Part shown: one piece after another, positions 15,773 to 26,000 of the stretch
How positions within the stretch are numbered: the stretch's first letter is position 1
Layout: the number at the start of each line of letters is the position of its first letter
Source: a virus
Taxonomy: Duplodnaviria > Caudoviricetes
IMG/VR virus record: IMGVR_UViG_3300038379_000459
Location: 1-36,341 of that record
Direction: 5' to 3' (one strand)
DNA: 36,341 nucleotides
Notes under the pieces: model-generated
Told to the model about the DNA's origin: nothing
Databases searched by the model: none
What the model saw: only the letters and a program-made list of their open reading frames with translations
Made by a program: the position numbers and the translations under genes

Positions 15773-16264
15773 CTAGATCTTTTCTAGGATGACCGATATT
15801 TCAAACGCCGGCACGATCACCCCTGTTCCTACCTTTGTTATGCTGTAGCACAGAGACTGTCCTGGAGATAGGTCGTTGACGTTATCGAATCTAAAAAGCA
15901 GATACGATGATCCAACTGCAAAGCTTACGATATTGGTCTTTGTTCCAGCAAGTGTTGTCATCGCGCCCCCCGCTGAATTATTTGTTCCTATAGTGATGAC
16001 TGCAAAGTTTAGCCCGTTTGCAGCCAGCGCTCCCTTGGGGTGCAAATATGCATCTACAAGTCGGCACTGAAACGGAATAATTGTTGCTGTTGTTACCGGC
16101 GTTGCAGTTAAGGCCAGAGCGTCGGCGGTGGGTTTATGTATGTTAACCGTCCAGCGAAACAGTATTCCCAATTGATCGCTGAAACTGGGTTCGTTTGGAA
16201 CACGTGCGGTGGGATTCAGTTGACCTCCCACCATGCTCCTTATGCGTGTTATTTGCGGAGGCAT
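15773..16264 (-). CDS. Hypothetical beta-rich probable virion protein
   Basis: GAGGA RBS, T/A/G-rich beta-strand pattern. Confidence 0.55.
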   Translation of the reverse strand: MPPQITRIRSMVGGQLNPTARVPNEPSFSDQLGILFRWTVNIHKPTADALALTATPVTTATIIPFQCRLVDAYLHPKGALAANGLNFAVITIGTNNSAGGAMTTLAGTKTNIVSFAVGSSYLLFRFDNVNDLSPGQSLCYSITKVGTGVIVPAFEISVILEKI

Positions 16265-16485
16265 TATTCCTCGGGCGGAACCGACACAAACGGAGCCTTG
16301 AGCAAGCCCTTGACGTCCTTTGATTTAAAGATCGACAGGAGCTCTAGCACGACGCCTAGCTTGCGACTGATGCCACCAAGGCTAGAGAAGTGCGGGGTTA
16401 GAGCATTGAGCGCGTTAATGATGACGCCCAAAACCAGCAACACCTCGCCTAGGTGATTGCTGAGCAGGTTTTGAATTTGTTCCAT
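16264..16485 (-). CDS. Holin-like small membrane protein
   Basis: GGAGG RBS, 73 aa, hydrophobic segments with a basic C-terminal region. Confidence 0.55.
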   Translation of the reverse strand: MEQIQNLLSNHLGEVLLVLGVIINALNALTPHFSSLGGISRKLGVVLELLSIFKSKDVKGLLKAPFVSVPPEE

Positions 16486-16750
16486 GATTGTTTCCTCCAG
16501 GTGTTGACTTGATGGCTATCAGTAAGCATACGATAGCCAGGTTGAGTCCATAATTAAGCAGCAAGATAAACTGCTCATTGATTAATGTCCATATTGTAAC
16601 AAATATCTCGCCGGCCAGCCAGAGCCCAAGAAATGCCCAGGACAGGCCCGATGCGTTCCATTTTTTGGCACTTTCCACAGCTTGTGGAACAGCGCATACG
16701 GCAAGCAAGATGCTGCCAATCCACGCAAATATGTCAGCCTGGCTAGTCAC
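16415..16750 (-). CDS. PQ-loop (SemiSWEET-like) three-helix membrane protein
   Basis: WIGSILLAVCAVPQA...K...SGLSW.FL.LW..GEI...LLLNY. GTG at 16750 after GGAGG. Confidence 0.8.
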   Translation of the reverse strand: MTSQADIFAWIGSILLAVCAVPQAVESAKKWNASGLSWAFLGLWLAGEIFVTIWTLINEQFILLLNYGLNLAIVCLLIAIKSTPGGNNHGTNSKPAQQSPRRGVAGFGRHH

Positions 16751-17180
16751 CGTATGCACCTCCATGGAGCACGCCGTCGCATCCGTAGAACATACCCAGA
16801 CGCTCCGCGGCTGCCTTGATAGCGACATACTGCTCGCGGAACTTCTCGTCGTGATTAATGCACCGAAGGTGCGCGAGCTCGTGACATAGCGTGTCCAACA
16901 GCTCGTAGTAAGGAATGATACGATGTTTGCCGTCACCTACGATTTCAAGGCTAATCTCAATCAATCCAGTCGACGGCTGACAGTATCCATATGCGCCATC
17001 GCCGGGGTTAAGCGGAACAATTCGAGGGTTCTTTAAACCGAAGATCTTGCACAGCCTCTTGGCGTCCAACCTGAGTCTCTCGAGCTTGTTTGCGAATATT
17101 TCCTTGTCAAAGAAGAACGGCACGCGAACTGCCTGTTTGCCAACCAGCTTACCACATGACCTGCGCGAAGATTTTGGCAT
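16743..17180 (-). CDS. Zincin-like metalloprotease (WLM/YgjP-like)
   Basis: YGYC...IEISL...TLCHELAHL...NHDEKF (HExxH plus third His). Confidence 0.8.
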   Translation of the reverse strand: MPKSSRRSCGKLVGKQAVRVPFFFDKEIFANKLERLRLDAKRLCKIFGLKNPRIVPLNPGDGAYGYCQPSTGLIEISLEIVGDGKHRIIPYYELLDTLCHELAHLRCINHDEKFREQYVAIKAAAERLGMFYGCDGVLHGGAYGD

Positions 17181-17195
17181 AAGGCGATCATAGCA
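17181..17195 (-). promoter_or_regulatory. Extended -10 promoter, leaderless
   Basis: TGcTATGAT + 6 nt + ATG, no SD. Confidence 0.55.
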
Positions 17196-17229
17196 CAGCC
17201 AGTCTGCAGTGGGCCAGGGAGTCCGTAAA

Positions 17230-17616
17230 CTATTGAGCTGGTTCGGGATTTAGGGCGCTATTGGCGTTGCGCAGGGCCTTAAGTAGCTCAATGGCCTCAT
17301 CGTACATGCCCTCAGCAATGACCTCGCCAATATTGGCCAGGATAAGCTCGCAGGCTGCCTGCAGCGCCTGGTCTGTATATGGAACAAGATCGTCCTGGAT
17401 CATGGCCTGGATCTGGCTGGTTGTGGCAGAAACTGGCACCACCGTTTGTTCTCCGGTGGTATTGTCTGTCACAAACAGCTGCACGTTAATGGACACACTT
17501 TCTGGCGCTGTCATGATCTTATTGAGCGCAATAATGCCCGATGCACGACATCCGCGGTCGCCAAGGATGAGCTTGTATTGATCAACGAGATTAAGCAAGT
17601 CCGGATGTAGAGACAT
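17230..17616 (-). CDS. Hypothetical protein
   Basis: TAATG-coupled to the upstream gene. Confidence 0.65.
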   Translation of the reverse strand: MSLHPDLLNLVDQYKLILGDRGCRASGIIALNKIMTAPESVSINVQLFVTDNTTGEQTVVPVSATTSQIQAMIQDDLVPYTDQALQAACELILANIGEVIAEGMYDEAIELLKALRNANSALNPEPAQ

Positions 17617-17813
17617 TATTTTACCTTATCAAGCAGGTTAATCACGGCGCTCCCCAGCCCACCACCGCCGAGCCCAAGCATGAATAGATATAACCTCTGT
17701 TTCCACCCAAGGTCAATGACCACCTTCTCTTGCGTCCTGATGTCTTCCCGGATGCCATCCAGGGCTTCTTCGATGCGACGCAAGCGGTATTCTATAACAT
17801 CAACATCGTGCAC
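17616..17813 (-). CDS. Coiled-coil + C-terminal TM small protein (XhlA-like architecture)
   Basis: RLRRIEEALDGIREDIR followed by a hydrophobic Gly-rich tail. GTG start at 17813 is likely. Confidence 0.5.
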   Translation of the reverse strand: MHDVDVIEYRLRRIEEALDGIREDIRTQEKVVIDLGWKQRLYLFMLGLGGGGLGSAVINLLDKVK

Positions 17814-17815
17814 GG

Positions 17816-18190
17816 CTAGCCCTGCGCCCCGCGATGTTTGGCGCACAGGAACGCATCAAACGTTCCGCTACCGGCTGTGACGTTAATGCGCAGCCTTGCC
17901 CATAGAGCATTTGTTTCTGCTAAAAAATGCGTGACACCAACACCGGACACGGCATAGCCGGTGCCGCCAGCTACTGTTGCACCGCTGGTTGCGTTGACAG
18001 TAAAGTGCGACGACCATGGGCCAGATGGCGTCGGGGCCGTCTCGAGCGTCACCGTCGCCGTTGGCGTTCCTGCGGTACAGTTAATCACCGCATGGACATC
18101 ATGCCCATTGATGTTACCTGCCGCAGTTGTCACGTTGGAGTTTAGTACTTCAGCGTTGACTACCTTACCTATACCGAATGATGATGGCAT
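17816..18190 (-). CDS. Probable small virion beta-sandwich protein
   Basis: GGAG RBS, T/G/A-rich, ends WARLRINVT.GSGT. Confidence 0.55.
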   Translation of the reverse strand: MPSSFGIGKVVNAEVLNSNVTTAAGNINGHDVHAVINCTAGTPTATVTLETAPTPSGPWSSHFTVNATSGATVAGGTGYAVSGVGVTHFLAETNALWARLRINVTAGSGTFDAFLCAKHRGAQG

Positions 18191-18199
18191 CCTTCTCTC

Positions 18200-20275
18200 C
18201 TATGTCAGTGGGCTTTTCAGGCCCGTCTGTATCTGCTGTGTTCCTGTGGCCAGTCCGCTATTGGCTGACTCAAAATGTGTCTTTGGCGGCCTGCCAACCT
18301 GAGGCTCCTGGGCCTGCGCTTGCTGAGCGCCGGGTGCTGCCGATATCCCACGACCCATCATAGCATCGATAGAGCGCTTTTGGTAGGGCTTCCACGCCAC
18401 ACCCCTTGAGGCATTAATGCGCTCAACTGCGGCTATCTTGCGCTTAAGGCTCTCCATCTCTTCGCCATATACCCTTTGCAATGCCGCTGTTTCTGCTGGC
18501 ATCAGCTGTCCGTGTGACCAACGCCTCAGCGCACTGTCTGGATTGAGCACCGTGTCCAGTATCCTTGCGGCCTTAAGCCTGTCTAGCTTGCCAGGACCTG
18601 GCTTGCCAGGCTCAGTCGGCTTAAAGGCTTCCTGCATAACCTCGGCTATCGCAACCTGGCGCTTGATTGCGCGCTGAGCCGCTTGTTGATCATCAACTGG
18701 ACTAACATACTTAGCAAGCTCGTTGCCAAGCGATGCTGTTTCGACAGCATGCGCTCGCTGAGCTAGCCTGGCATATTCTTCCTGCGACAGGCTGCGTATA
18801 GATCCCGACTTTACACCCTTGGATTTAGAGGCGCCAGCAAGCATGTCCATGACGTCAACGTTGGTTTGCGGCGAAGCGATATTGATCGCTGGTCCAGATC
18901 CATTGACAACCTTGCCGTACTCCGTCATGCGATTGAGCGCATCTTCGTGAGCAATGGCCTTCTTCATGGCCTCTCGGCGCATCTCATCACGGGCAGCATC
19001 CACATCGTCCTTGGCGCGCAGCAGGCTGCCCTCAGCCTCTGGGTCGCCAAACTCTCTGGCTGCGGCCAGCTGAGCATCTAGCTCCTTGCTCTTGGCCTCA
19101 ATGTCAGACATGCGGTTGAGCGCCAGGGCCCCGGCGGCCACGACGCCAGACGACGCCTGGTTGGCGAGCTTGGCTATTGCGCCGGCTTCTTCACCCAGGC
19201 GCGCCACGCGCCTACCGGCCGCGAGCACATTGGTGACAGTCGGTATAATGAGCTGACGCGCCTTACTGGCGAGAAGGCCTGTGCCAAATGTGCCGGCCAT
19301 AACGGAAAGCGGGCCAAGGCCCATGGTATACGCCGCGCCAATAACACCGCTCTTGAGCGAATCGGCAATGAGCCCCTCTGCCTTGGAGCTGGCAAACTTG
19401 CTAGCCTCCTTGGCCATGAAGCGATCCTTGTCGATGCGCGCCTTGGCTAACTCGGCCTCGAGATCATCTAGGCTCTTCTGGGTCTTTACGAACTCTTTGA
19501 CGCCAGGCTTTTTAACAGTTGACTCAATGCTCTCGGCGCCAGACGCCTTAAGCTTCTCGATGTCCTTCTGAATGCTCTCTTCGTACTTAGCCCAGCGAGT
19601 TGAGCGCTTGGCCAAGTCTTGCTGCATACGCCCGGCAATCTTGCCAAGAACTTCGTTGGCAACTGCGCCGCCACCGCCAAGTGATCCGCCAAGCAATACG
19701 CCTCCGCCGATGTTTGTCAGTGCACTTTCAGCTAACTGATCAGGATCAAGAGGCCTGTTGGCAAGAGCAGCATCGCTAATGGTTTGTCCAGCACCCATTA
19801 GCGCGCCTTCGGCGCTACCGGCTGCTGCACGAGATGCTATCCTTGCAGCAAGCCCGGCTCCTTCTCCTGCTATCTTGCCAGCAACCTTGGTTCCAAGCTG
19901 GGCCGCTGCCGCTCCGGCGCCGACAGGCGCCAGCATGCCAGCAGCCTGACCAACAAACGATGTGACAGGGTTTGCCTGCTCAATATCTTTTAGCTCTTGG
20001 CCAACCCCCTGGGCGCCAATGCCGATGTCTGATAGGCCGAACGTTGCACCCCTGGCAAGTCCTGCAAGTCCAGCCGTTGCCATGCCAGCAACGCCACCCT
20101 TGGCCTCGGCTTCCGCCGCACCGGTCTTGCGTGCGATTTCCATAGACGGCGTTTCGACTTGCCAACCCTGCTGCATGGCAGCAGATACATCCGCCTCCGG
20201 AACCCATACTGGGTTACCGGAATCATCCAGCATGCCGACTTGACCGTCCTTAACTGTGCCAGTTACCTTGGCCAT
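18200..20275 (-). CDS. Probable DNA ejection/internal virion protein
   Basis: 691 aa A/G-rich with glycine-zipper segments (GLARGATFGLSD), located after the nozzle. Confidence 0.6.
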   Translation of the reverse strand: MAKVTGTVKDGQVGMLDDSGNPVWVPEADVSAAMQQGWQVETPSMEIARKTGAAEAEAKGGVAGMATAGLAGLARGATFGLSDIGIGAQGVGQELKDIEQANPVTSFVGQAAGMLAPVGAGAAAAQLGTKVAGKIAGEGAGLAARIASRAAAGSAEGALMGAGQTISDAALANRPLDPDQLAESALTNIGGGVLLGGSLGGGGAVANEVLGKIAGRMQQDLAKRSTRWAKYEESIQKDIEKLKASGAESIESTVKKPGVKEFVKTQKSLDDLEAELAKARIDKDRFMAKEASKFASSKAEGLIADSLKSGVIGAAYTMGLGPLSVMAGTFGTGLLASKARQLIIPTVTNVLAAGRRVARLGEEAGAIAKLANQASSGVVAAGALALNRMSDIEAKSKELDAQLAAAREFGDPEAEGSLLRAKDDVDAARDEMRREAMKKAIAHEDALNRMTEYGKVVNGSGPAINIASPQTNVDVMDMLAGASKSKGVKSGSIRSLSQEEYARLAQRAHAVETASLGNELAKYVSPVDDQQAAQRAIKRQVAIAEVMQEAFKPTEPGKPGPGKLDRLKAARILDTVLNPDSALRRWSHGQLMPAETAALQRVYGEEMESLKRKIAAVERINASRGVAWKPYQKRSIDAMMGRGISAAPGAQQAQAQEPQVGRPPKTHFESANSGLATGTQQIQTGLKSPLT

Positions 20276-20276
20276 G

Positions 20277-21668
20277 CTACTTCCTTGGGGTTGATCTTAT
20301 GGGCTTAGTCTGCTCTGCTGGCTGCTGAATGCCATATGTGCCAAGTATCTCCGACTGCTTGCGGTTAAGCAATGCGCCAGCAAATTGCGCGCGCCTGCCG
20401 CGCTCCTCTTGGTCATCTGATACAGATGCGATGTTGCTCAAAATGGCCTCTGGCGCCTTGCCGCGAACCAGCGGAATTCCCATGCCCTGTGCCACCTGGG
20501 CCGCGACGGCCTGCCTGTAGTCCTCTAGCTCAGCGGCCTCTGTCTTGGGGAGCTTGGCGGCAATACTAGATCCAATGCCTCCGCCGCCGTATGCGGCAAG
20601 CCTGCGGTTGTAGTCAGCAAGCGCCTGCTTGGCAGAGTCCAGGCTGCCGAGCTTCTCGCGGTCTCCCTTGGACATGGCCTGTGCACCACCAGCAGCTGCT
20701 CCAGTGCCACCAGACGACTTCTGGCTCGCAAATGACTTGGACACGTTTTTAGACTCAGACTTCGTCTCATGAACGGCCTGAGCTTTGGCAAGATCGGTGT
20801 CTCGCTTCAGGCGCTCTTCTTCAATGGCAGAGATTGCTAGTCTGGTTTTGGCCGCAACAACCGGCTTGTTTGTGCTCTGCTCGATGTATTTTAATTGGTT
20901 AAGTGCTTCTGTTTCTAGCATGGTTCCCAGGACCTGCTTGGCTTGCTGCCTGTCTCCCAGACGCTTGTCCAGGTAGCCAAGCATTTGTTTTTCAGCAGCG
21001 GCGGCGTCCTTGAGGTTCTGAATGTTTTGCTCCTGAGCCCTAATGTTTCTCTGAATATAGTTCTGCATCAACTGTGCGGCGTTTGATTTAACTCTGCCAC
21101 CGGTCCATCCCTCTGCAAAACCGCCAAATAGAGACGCAACAACGTTGGCTATCATCCTTCCGGCAGACATGGTCTTAGACCATTGCTCTGGGTCCACCTC
21201 TCGCTTTGCAGCCTCAATAGCGCCTTCTGTGCGTATGCGTTGCCGCATTATGGGATCTTCAAACTCTTCCTTGGTCTTTTTGTCAAACTCCTCAAATGCC
21301 TGCGACCTCTGTAGATTGGCCCTTTTTTGCTCGGCTGCGATCACATCGGATCTCAGCCCCTCTACTTCTCCCTGTTCATACAGGGCCTGTGCTTGCTTGT
21401 CGGCCAGCTCTGCGCCTGCCTGCTGCAACTGATCTGCTCCTGGTATAATCGTGCGAGCCGTTGATTGTCCGGTTTGCTGACCAGAAGTGGACTGAGATGA
21501 GGTATTAACAGAGGGAGCAGAAGGTAGTTGCTGTACCTGCAGCGGCAGCGGAGCTGCCGGGGTGTCAAACTGCCTAAGCTCCTGATTTACAGGGCGAGCG
21601 ACTGGCTCAGCCAGAGCTTTTTTTTCTTCCTCTGGAATTGCTTGTATGCTCAGATCTTCGTCTCTCAT
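20277..21668 (-). CDS. Probable DNA ejection/internal virion protein
   Basis: 463 aa Q/A/E-rich helical protein, synteny. Confidence 0.55.
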   Translation of the reverse strand: MRDEDLSIQAIPEEEKKALAEPVARPVNQELRQFDTPAAPLPLQVQQLPSAPSVNTSSQSTSGQQTGQSTARTIIPGADQLQQAGAELADKQAQALYEQGEVEGLRSDVIAAEQKRANLQRSQAFEEFDKKTKEEFEDPIMRQRIRTEGAIEAAKREVDPEQWSKTMSAGRMIANVVASLFGGFAEGWTGGRVKSNAAQLMQNYIQRNIRAQEQNIQNLKDAAAAEKQMLGYLDKRLGDRQQAKQVLGTMLETEALNQLKYIEQSTNKPVVAAKTRLAISAIEEERLKRDTDLAKAQAVHETKSESKNVSKSFASQKSSGGTGAAAGGAQAMSKGDREKLGSLDSAKQALADYNRRLAAYGGGGIGSSIAAKLPKTEAAELEDYRQAVAAQVAQGMGIPLVRGKAPEAILSNIASVSDDQEERGRRAQFAGALLNRKQSEILGTYGIQQPAEQTKPIRSTPRK

Positions 21669-21675
21669 ATTTCAC

Positions 21676-23031
21676 CTAGCCTATAAAAGCTTCTGCCGCC
21701 TTAGCGCCAGCTCCAATGGTGGCATCAAAGATCTTGTCTTCGTATTTCTCCATGAAACCCTTTGGCCTGTTTGCTATACCCTGCTGGGCCTGTGCTGCTG
21801 CAAGGTCGTTACCGAAGCCCATAACCTGCTGCTTGGCAGCGCGGTTGGCAAGGTCTGTTGCGTATCTTGCCTGCGCCCTGGTGTCCCTGTCTCTGAGAGA
21901 TGCATCTCTAAAGCGCGCCCTGAGATCTGCCCTCTTGATAGCCTCTTCTGCGCCAACCTGTGCAGATTGTACATCCTGCCCGCGCATCGATCCAGCTCCC
22001 TCGAAGTACGCTCTTTGAGCAGCATCCCGCTCCTTGATGGCATCAACAAACGCCTGACCGGCAATACCCTGTTGGGCCTGTGCATTGGCGAACTGGGCGC
22101 CGCGAGCTGCTCCTGCGTTTGATGCAGAAGCCACCTGGCTCATCATCTGTCGCTGGGCAGCGTCTCTGGCTAGGTTAGACTGTGCTGTTGTTGCAAGATC
22201 TCCACCCTTAGCCCTTGTCCCCATAAGCCCAAGAGCCTCTGCTTGTTGGCCGCGTGATCGCCCGGCTTGCTCCATGCCCTGCCTAAATAGCTCAGGAGAT
22301 TCTTGCATTGCCAACCGCTCGGCTTCATATACCTCATCAAGCGGTGTGCCTGCAAAATCCGGCGATGCAACATCTCCACCTATAACCCCATATGCCGTAT
22401 AGGCCTTGCTAATGGCGTTTGTGAGCTGCTGAAAAGAAATACGCTCCTCGTCTGACATTCCTTCAATACCGAGCGCGGCGTCGTCTGTGTTACCAGTGGT
22501 CCAAAGTGCCTCGGCTTTTCTGCGCTGAAGTTCCTGCACGCTAATAGGTCTGCCGGTGAGCCTGTCTTTGAATTCAGTAATACCTCCGCCGGCTGCAAGC
22601 TCAGCAATTGTTTGCTCGTATGATTTTGATATATCGGCAGATCCGGGGCTGGTTATATACGGGTTGTATGTCCCGGACCCAAGGCTGCCCGGGGTGAGGG
22701 AAGAACGACCGTACATTCCAGTCCGACCAACTTCTGCCGGGCTAGCCCCAGGGCGGGCATATCTATTGGTGGTCAGGCCGCCTGTTCCCGGAATCTCCTG
22801 GGCCTGTTTTGTAAACGCCGGCATGCCATAGGCCTGAGTGTAGGCCTGACTGTTTGCAAGCCTCCGGGCTTCCTGCTCGGCCATGGCCTTGCGCAGCGCA
22901 TCTGTTGTGCTAGGGCCGCTTAGATTCAGGGATCCACCCTGGGTCTGGGCTGGCGCCTGGCCTCCTCCGCCTAGGCTTGCGGTAGCAGCCTGCGCCAGTC
23001 TTGATCTTAGTTGTTCTTCTAGTGTAGCCAT
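21676..23031 (-). CDS. Probable DNA ejection/pilot protein
   Basis: 451 aa A/Q/G-rich, immediately after the nozzle. Confidence 0.55.
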   Translation of the reverse strand: MATLEEQLRSRLAQAATASLGGGGQAPAQTQGGSLNLSGPSTTDALRKAMAEQEARRLANSQAYTQAYGMPAFTKQAQEIPGTGGLTTNRYARPGASPAEVGRTGMYGRSSLTPGSLGSGTYNPYITSPGSADISKSYEQTIAELAAGGGITEFKDRLTGRPISVQELQRRKAEALWTTGNTDDAALGIEGMSDEERISFQQLTNAISKAYTAYGVIGGDVASPDFAGTPLDEVYEAERLAMQESPELFRQGMEQAGRSRGQQAEALGLMGTRAKGGDLATTAQSNLARDAAQRQMMSQVASASNAGAARGAQFANAQAQQGIAGQAFVDAIKERDAAQRAYFEGAGSMRGQDVQSAQVGAEEAIKRADLRARFRDASLRDRDTRAQARYATDLANRAAKQQVMGFGNDLAAAQAQQGIANRPKGFMEKYEDKIFDATIGAGAKAAEAFIG

Positions 23032-23032
23032 G

Positions 23033-26000
23033 TTATACCTGCCTGTTGTTTCCGACTCTTGCCACGGCTGTTTTGCGCCCAGCCTCTAGTGTTACAAATG
23101 CCAAAGATAAAGCTTTATTGTAGTTTGATCCGATGGGCTCGCCGGATATCTCCAATCTTATCGCAGTACAGCGCTGCCGACTAGGGTAAACCTTGATATT
23201 AAAAGCATTGAACCCAGGAACAGCCGACGCTGCATTAAAATACTCTCCGTAGCCAAATTGAGCCAACGACGTGGTATCAAAGGTGAAGTTGTCAACAAAG
23301 GCAGGGTCATGGTCGTAGGCAATGCGCACACGGAGCGTATGTGCGGCGTTTGTATATCCCCCGATGATAAATCTAAATACCCTGGAGAACCCTCCTATCT
23401 GGGATGGGTTAATCCATCCGGTGGTCATCCGTGAGCTGTAGTTGTTGGCCGCAATTAGCCCGCTTAGATCTACGTCGTTATATACTGAGCCTTCCTCTGC
23501 GAAGTACCTTGCATCCATGGCGTAATGCAGGGATCCGTTGAGAAAACCTACCTCATGCATCTGTCGTCCCGTGATAGAGAGCCATGCGCTGTATTTATGG
23601 TCGTAAACAAGCTGAGGAGCGCCAGATGCGCTTGAAGCAAATATCGTCCTCTGCCCGTCTGGATCGCTGGCACACGATGTGTATGGATATGTGTCAGTGT
23701 AATATTTTACCATATTTCCAATTGGACTTGTTGATAGCGACCTATCTATAAGATATATTACGTCGCTTGACTTAAACATAATTCCACTTATAGTTTCAGC
23801 GCATAGCTTGGAGGAAGAGCAGCCCAGGCTTGACACAATCCTGTATGCTTGATAATTGCTACCACCACCAAGGCTGTCCTGCCCTCCAGAGTCAATGGCG
23901 TATATGTCGTTCTCTGTAAATATTATTAGCTTGTCACCGAGAGGACACATGGCCGTGATTGGGTCAGATGTGCCCGGTAGCTCAAAAAACAGAGAATCAG
24001 TGTGCCCGATGGCCGTGTATTTATCTGTCTTTTTCTTTGAGTAATATATTCTATATGGCAGCTCGCTAGCCGCATGCAGGTAGCGAGTGTCCCAAAATGC
24101 AGAGACGGAGTGCGGCTGTGGCTGCAGGTCCTCGATAACACCGCCTGATGTATAAAGAACCGCCTGGGTTGACAGCGTTGTATCCGACGTGCTGTCGTTA
24201 AAAGAGAAATAATTGGTTACGCCAGTAATCGAGAACGAACTATCTGGTATGCGGTAGAATGTTGACCCACCTGCAGTTGTGCGATACAGGGCAACTGAAA
24301 CCCCGGATCTGCTCGTAATTCCCAGTACGGGGCCTCGAAAAAGAATATTACTAGTTCCTGCCGATATCGTCGCAGACACTGGGATGGACGGAGAGCTGCG
24401 GTGCAAGATGCCCTGTGTATCTATGTGTTCATAAACCATGCTGTACTGGTATGTGCCAACAGGTATTGTTCCAGCAGACAGAACAGCCTCTGTGTTTCCA
24501 GGCTGCTTCACGAATCCCTGCTCAAAAACGTTCTGTCCATCGAATATCATTCCGACAGAGTTGGGGATATACTGGACAAGCCCGTCGGAGACAACCTTTC
24601 CAGTCCTAACCTCGCTGAACCTGATGATGGTAGGGACAACAGATATCGCCGTCCTGTACACCCCAGAAGTGGCCTGGTCCAGAAAGAAACTAAACGAAGA
24701 AGACGAGGTTTGTACCTGTGATACCTGTTGCGCATCCCATGTTCCAAAACCATAGGAATTGTTTGCTCTTCCAGGCAGAGCTTTGGCGGCTATTGTCTTT
24801 GACCCATCTGTCTCTACCAGCATGGTAACGCTAATGCTGTCAGGGTCCAGTGTGGATGAAATAAACCTGCTCTGTGTACCAATGGTTATAAGCCCTCTGT
24901 TGATATACAGGGCGCCCTTTGTTCTAAGTATTGCCTGATTTGTCCACACGGCTGACGATGATGTAGTTGTGCCATCATATGTTGATCGTTTTATGATTGG
25001 AGAAGTAAATGACGCCACAGAATTGTCTGGTGCTGTGTAAAATATTTGCCATGGATTACCCGACGGACGGAATGCCGAGAAGTTAATTGCGTTATCTATG
25101 ACACTCATTGTTCCGGTTGCTGATATCGCATTTGTTCCTGTAAAATACGTTACAAGGTAGGCCCCGGTGCGGGACGACAAAACGAGCGCATTTGATCCAT
25201 ACTCATGGACCTGTATTGGGCCAGTGGCTCCGGCTGCCAGAGTTGGTCCAGTAGCCCAGTCCTGAAACCCTGTACAGTTTGTTCCCCCACTGAGCCTGGC
25301 GATGCGAACCCTGCCTCCAGCAGACGAAGAAGAAAATGCAAGTACTGTGTAGTCAGTTCCAGAATCGCTAACATAAACAGCGTCAAGCGATGGAACGTTT
25401 GCGGTGGCAGTTCCGAGCGCTGTGCCGGTGAGGGCCGTCGGTGATCCAATTACACCAGCAGAGCTAATGGTTAAATATCTAATTTCAGACGTTGAGTTAT
25501 CTATATAATACAGATAAAGCGTTGGGCTAATGAACACAAAACGAAAGAAAACCTGGGAGTCTAGCGTGTTTCGAAGCGCGCTGATTGTCGTTGACGAAAT
25601 AACAGTTCGCAGCGTTTTGTTGTATGAAACTACGGTTATGTTACCGGTTGCACTTTGTGTATTTTGAAAACTTGCATACGCGCATGCTCCGACGTCTGAT
25701 GAGGAAAACTCGTACCCGTCAATCTGGTTGCCAACCATCTGCCTGTTTTCTGCAGCTATAGTTGGTAGTGGTACGGTATACAATGATTCGTCGAAGTTTA
25801 TGAACTTGGCGCTAACGTTAGAGTGAGATGAAATACCATTTGTGCGAGTGACGGTGTTTGGGCTTTGAAAAACCGTCATTGTGCTGTCGTCAAAGGGGGC
25901 CATGGATGGAGTTAGCCCACTGGTGGATGGCGTTGCAATCGCGCTGTTAACCTGAGCCCTTGAGCCCGGCCTCTTCTCCCACGTGCCCGCCTGAGACAGT

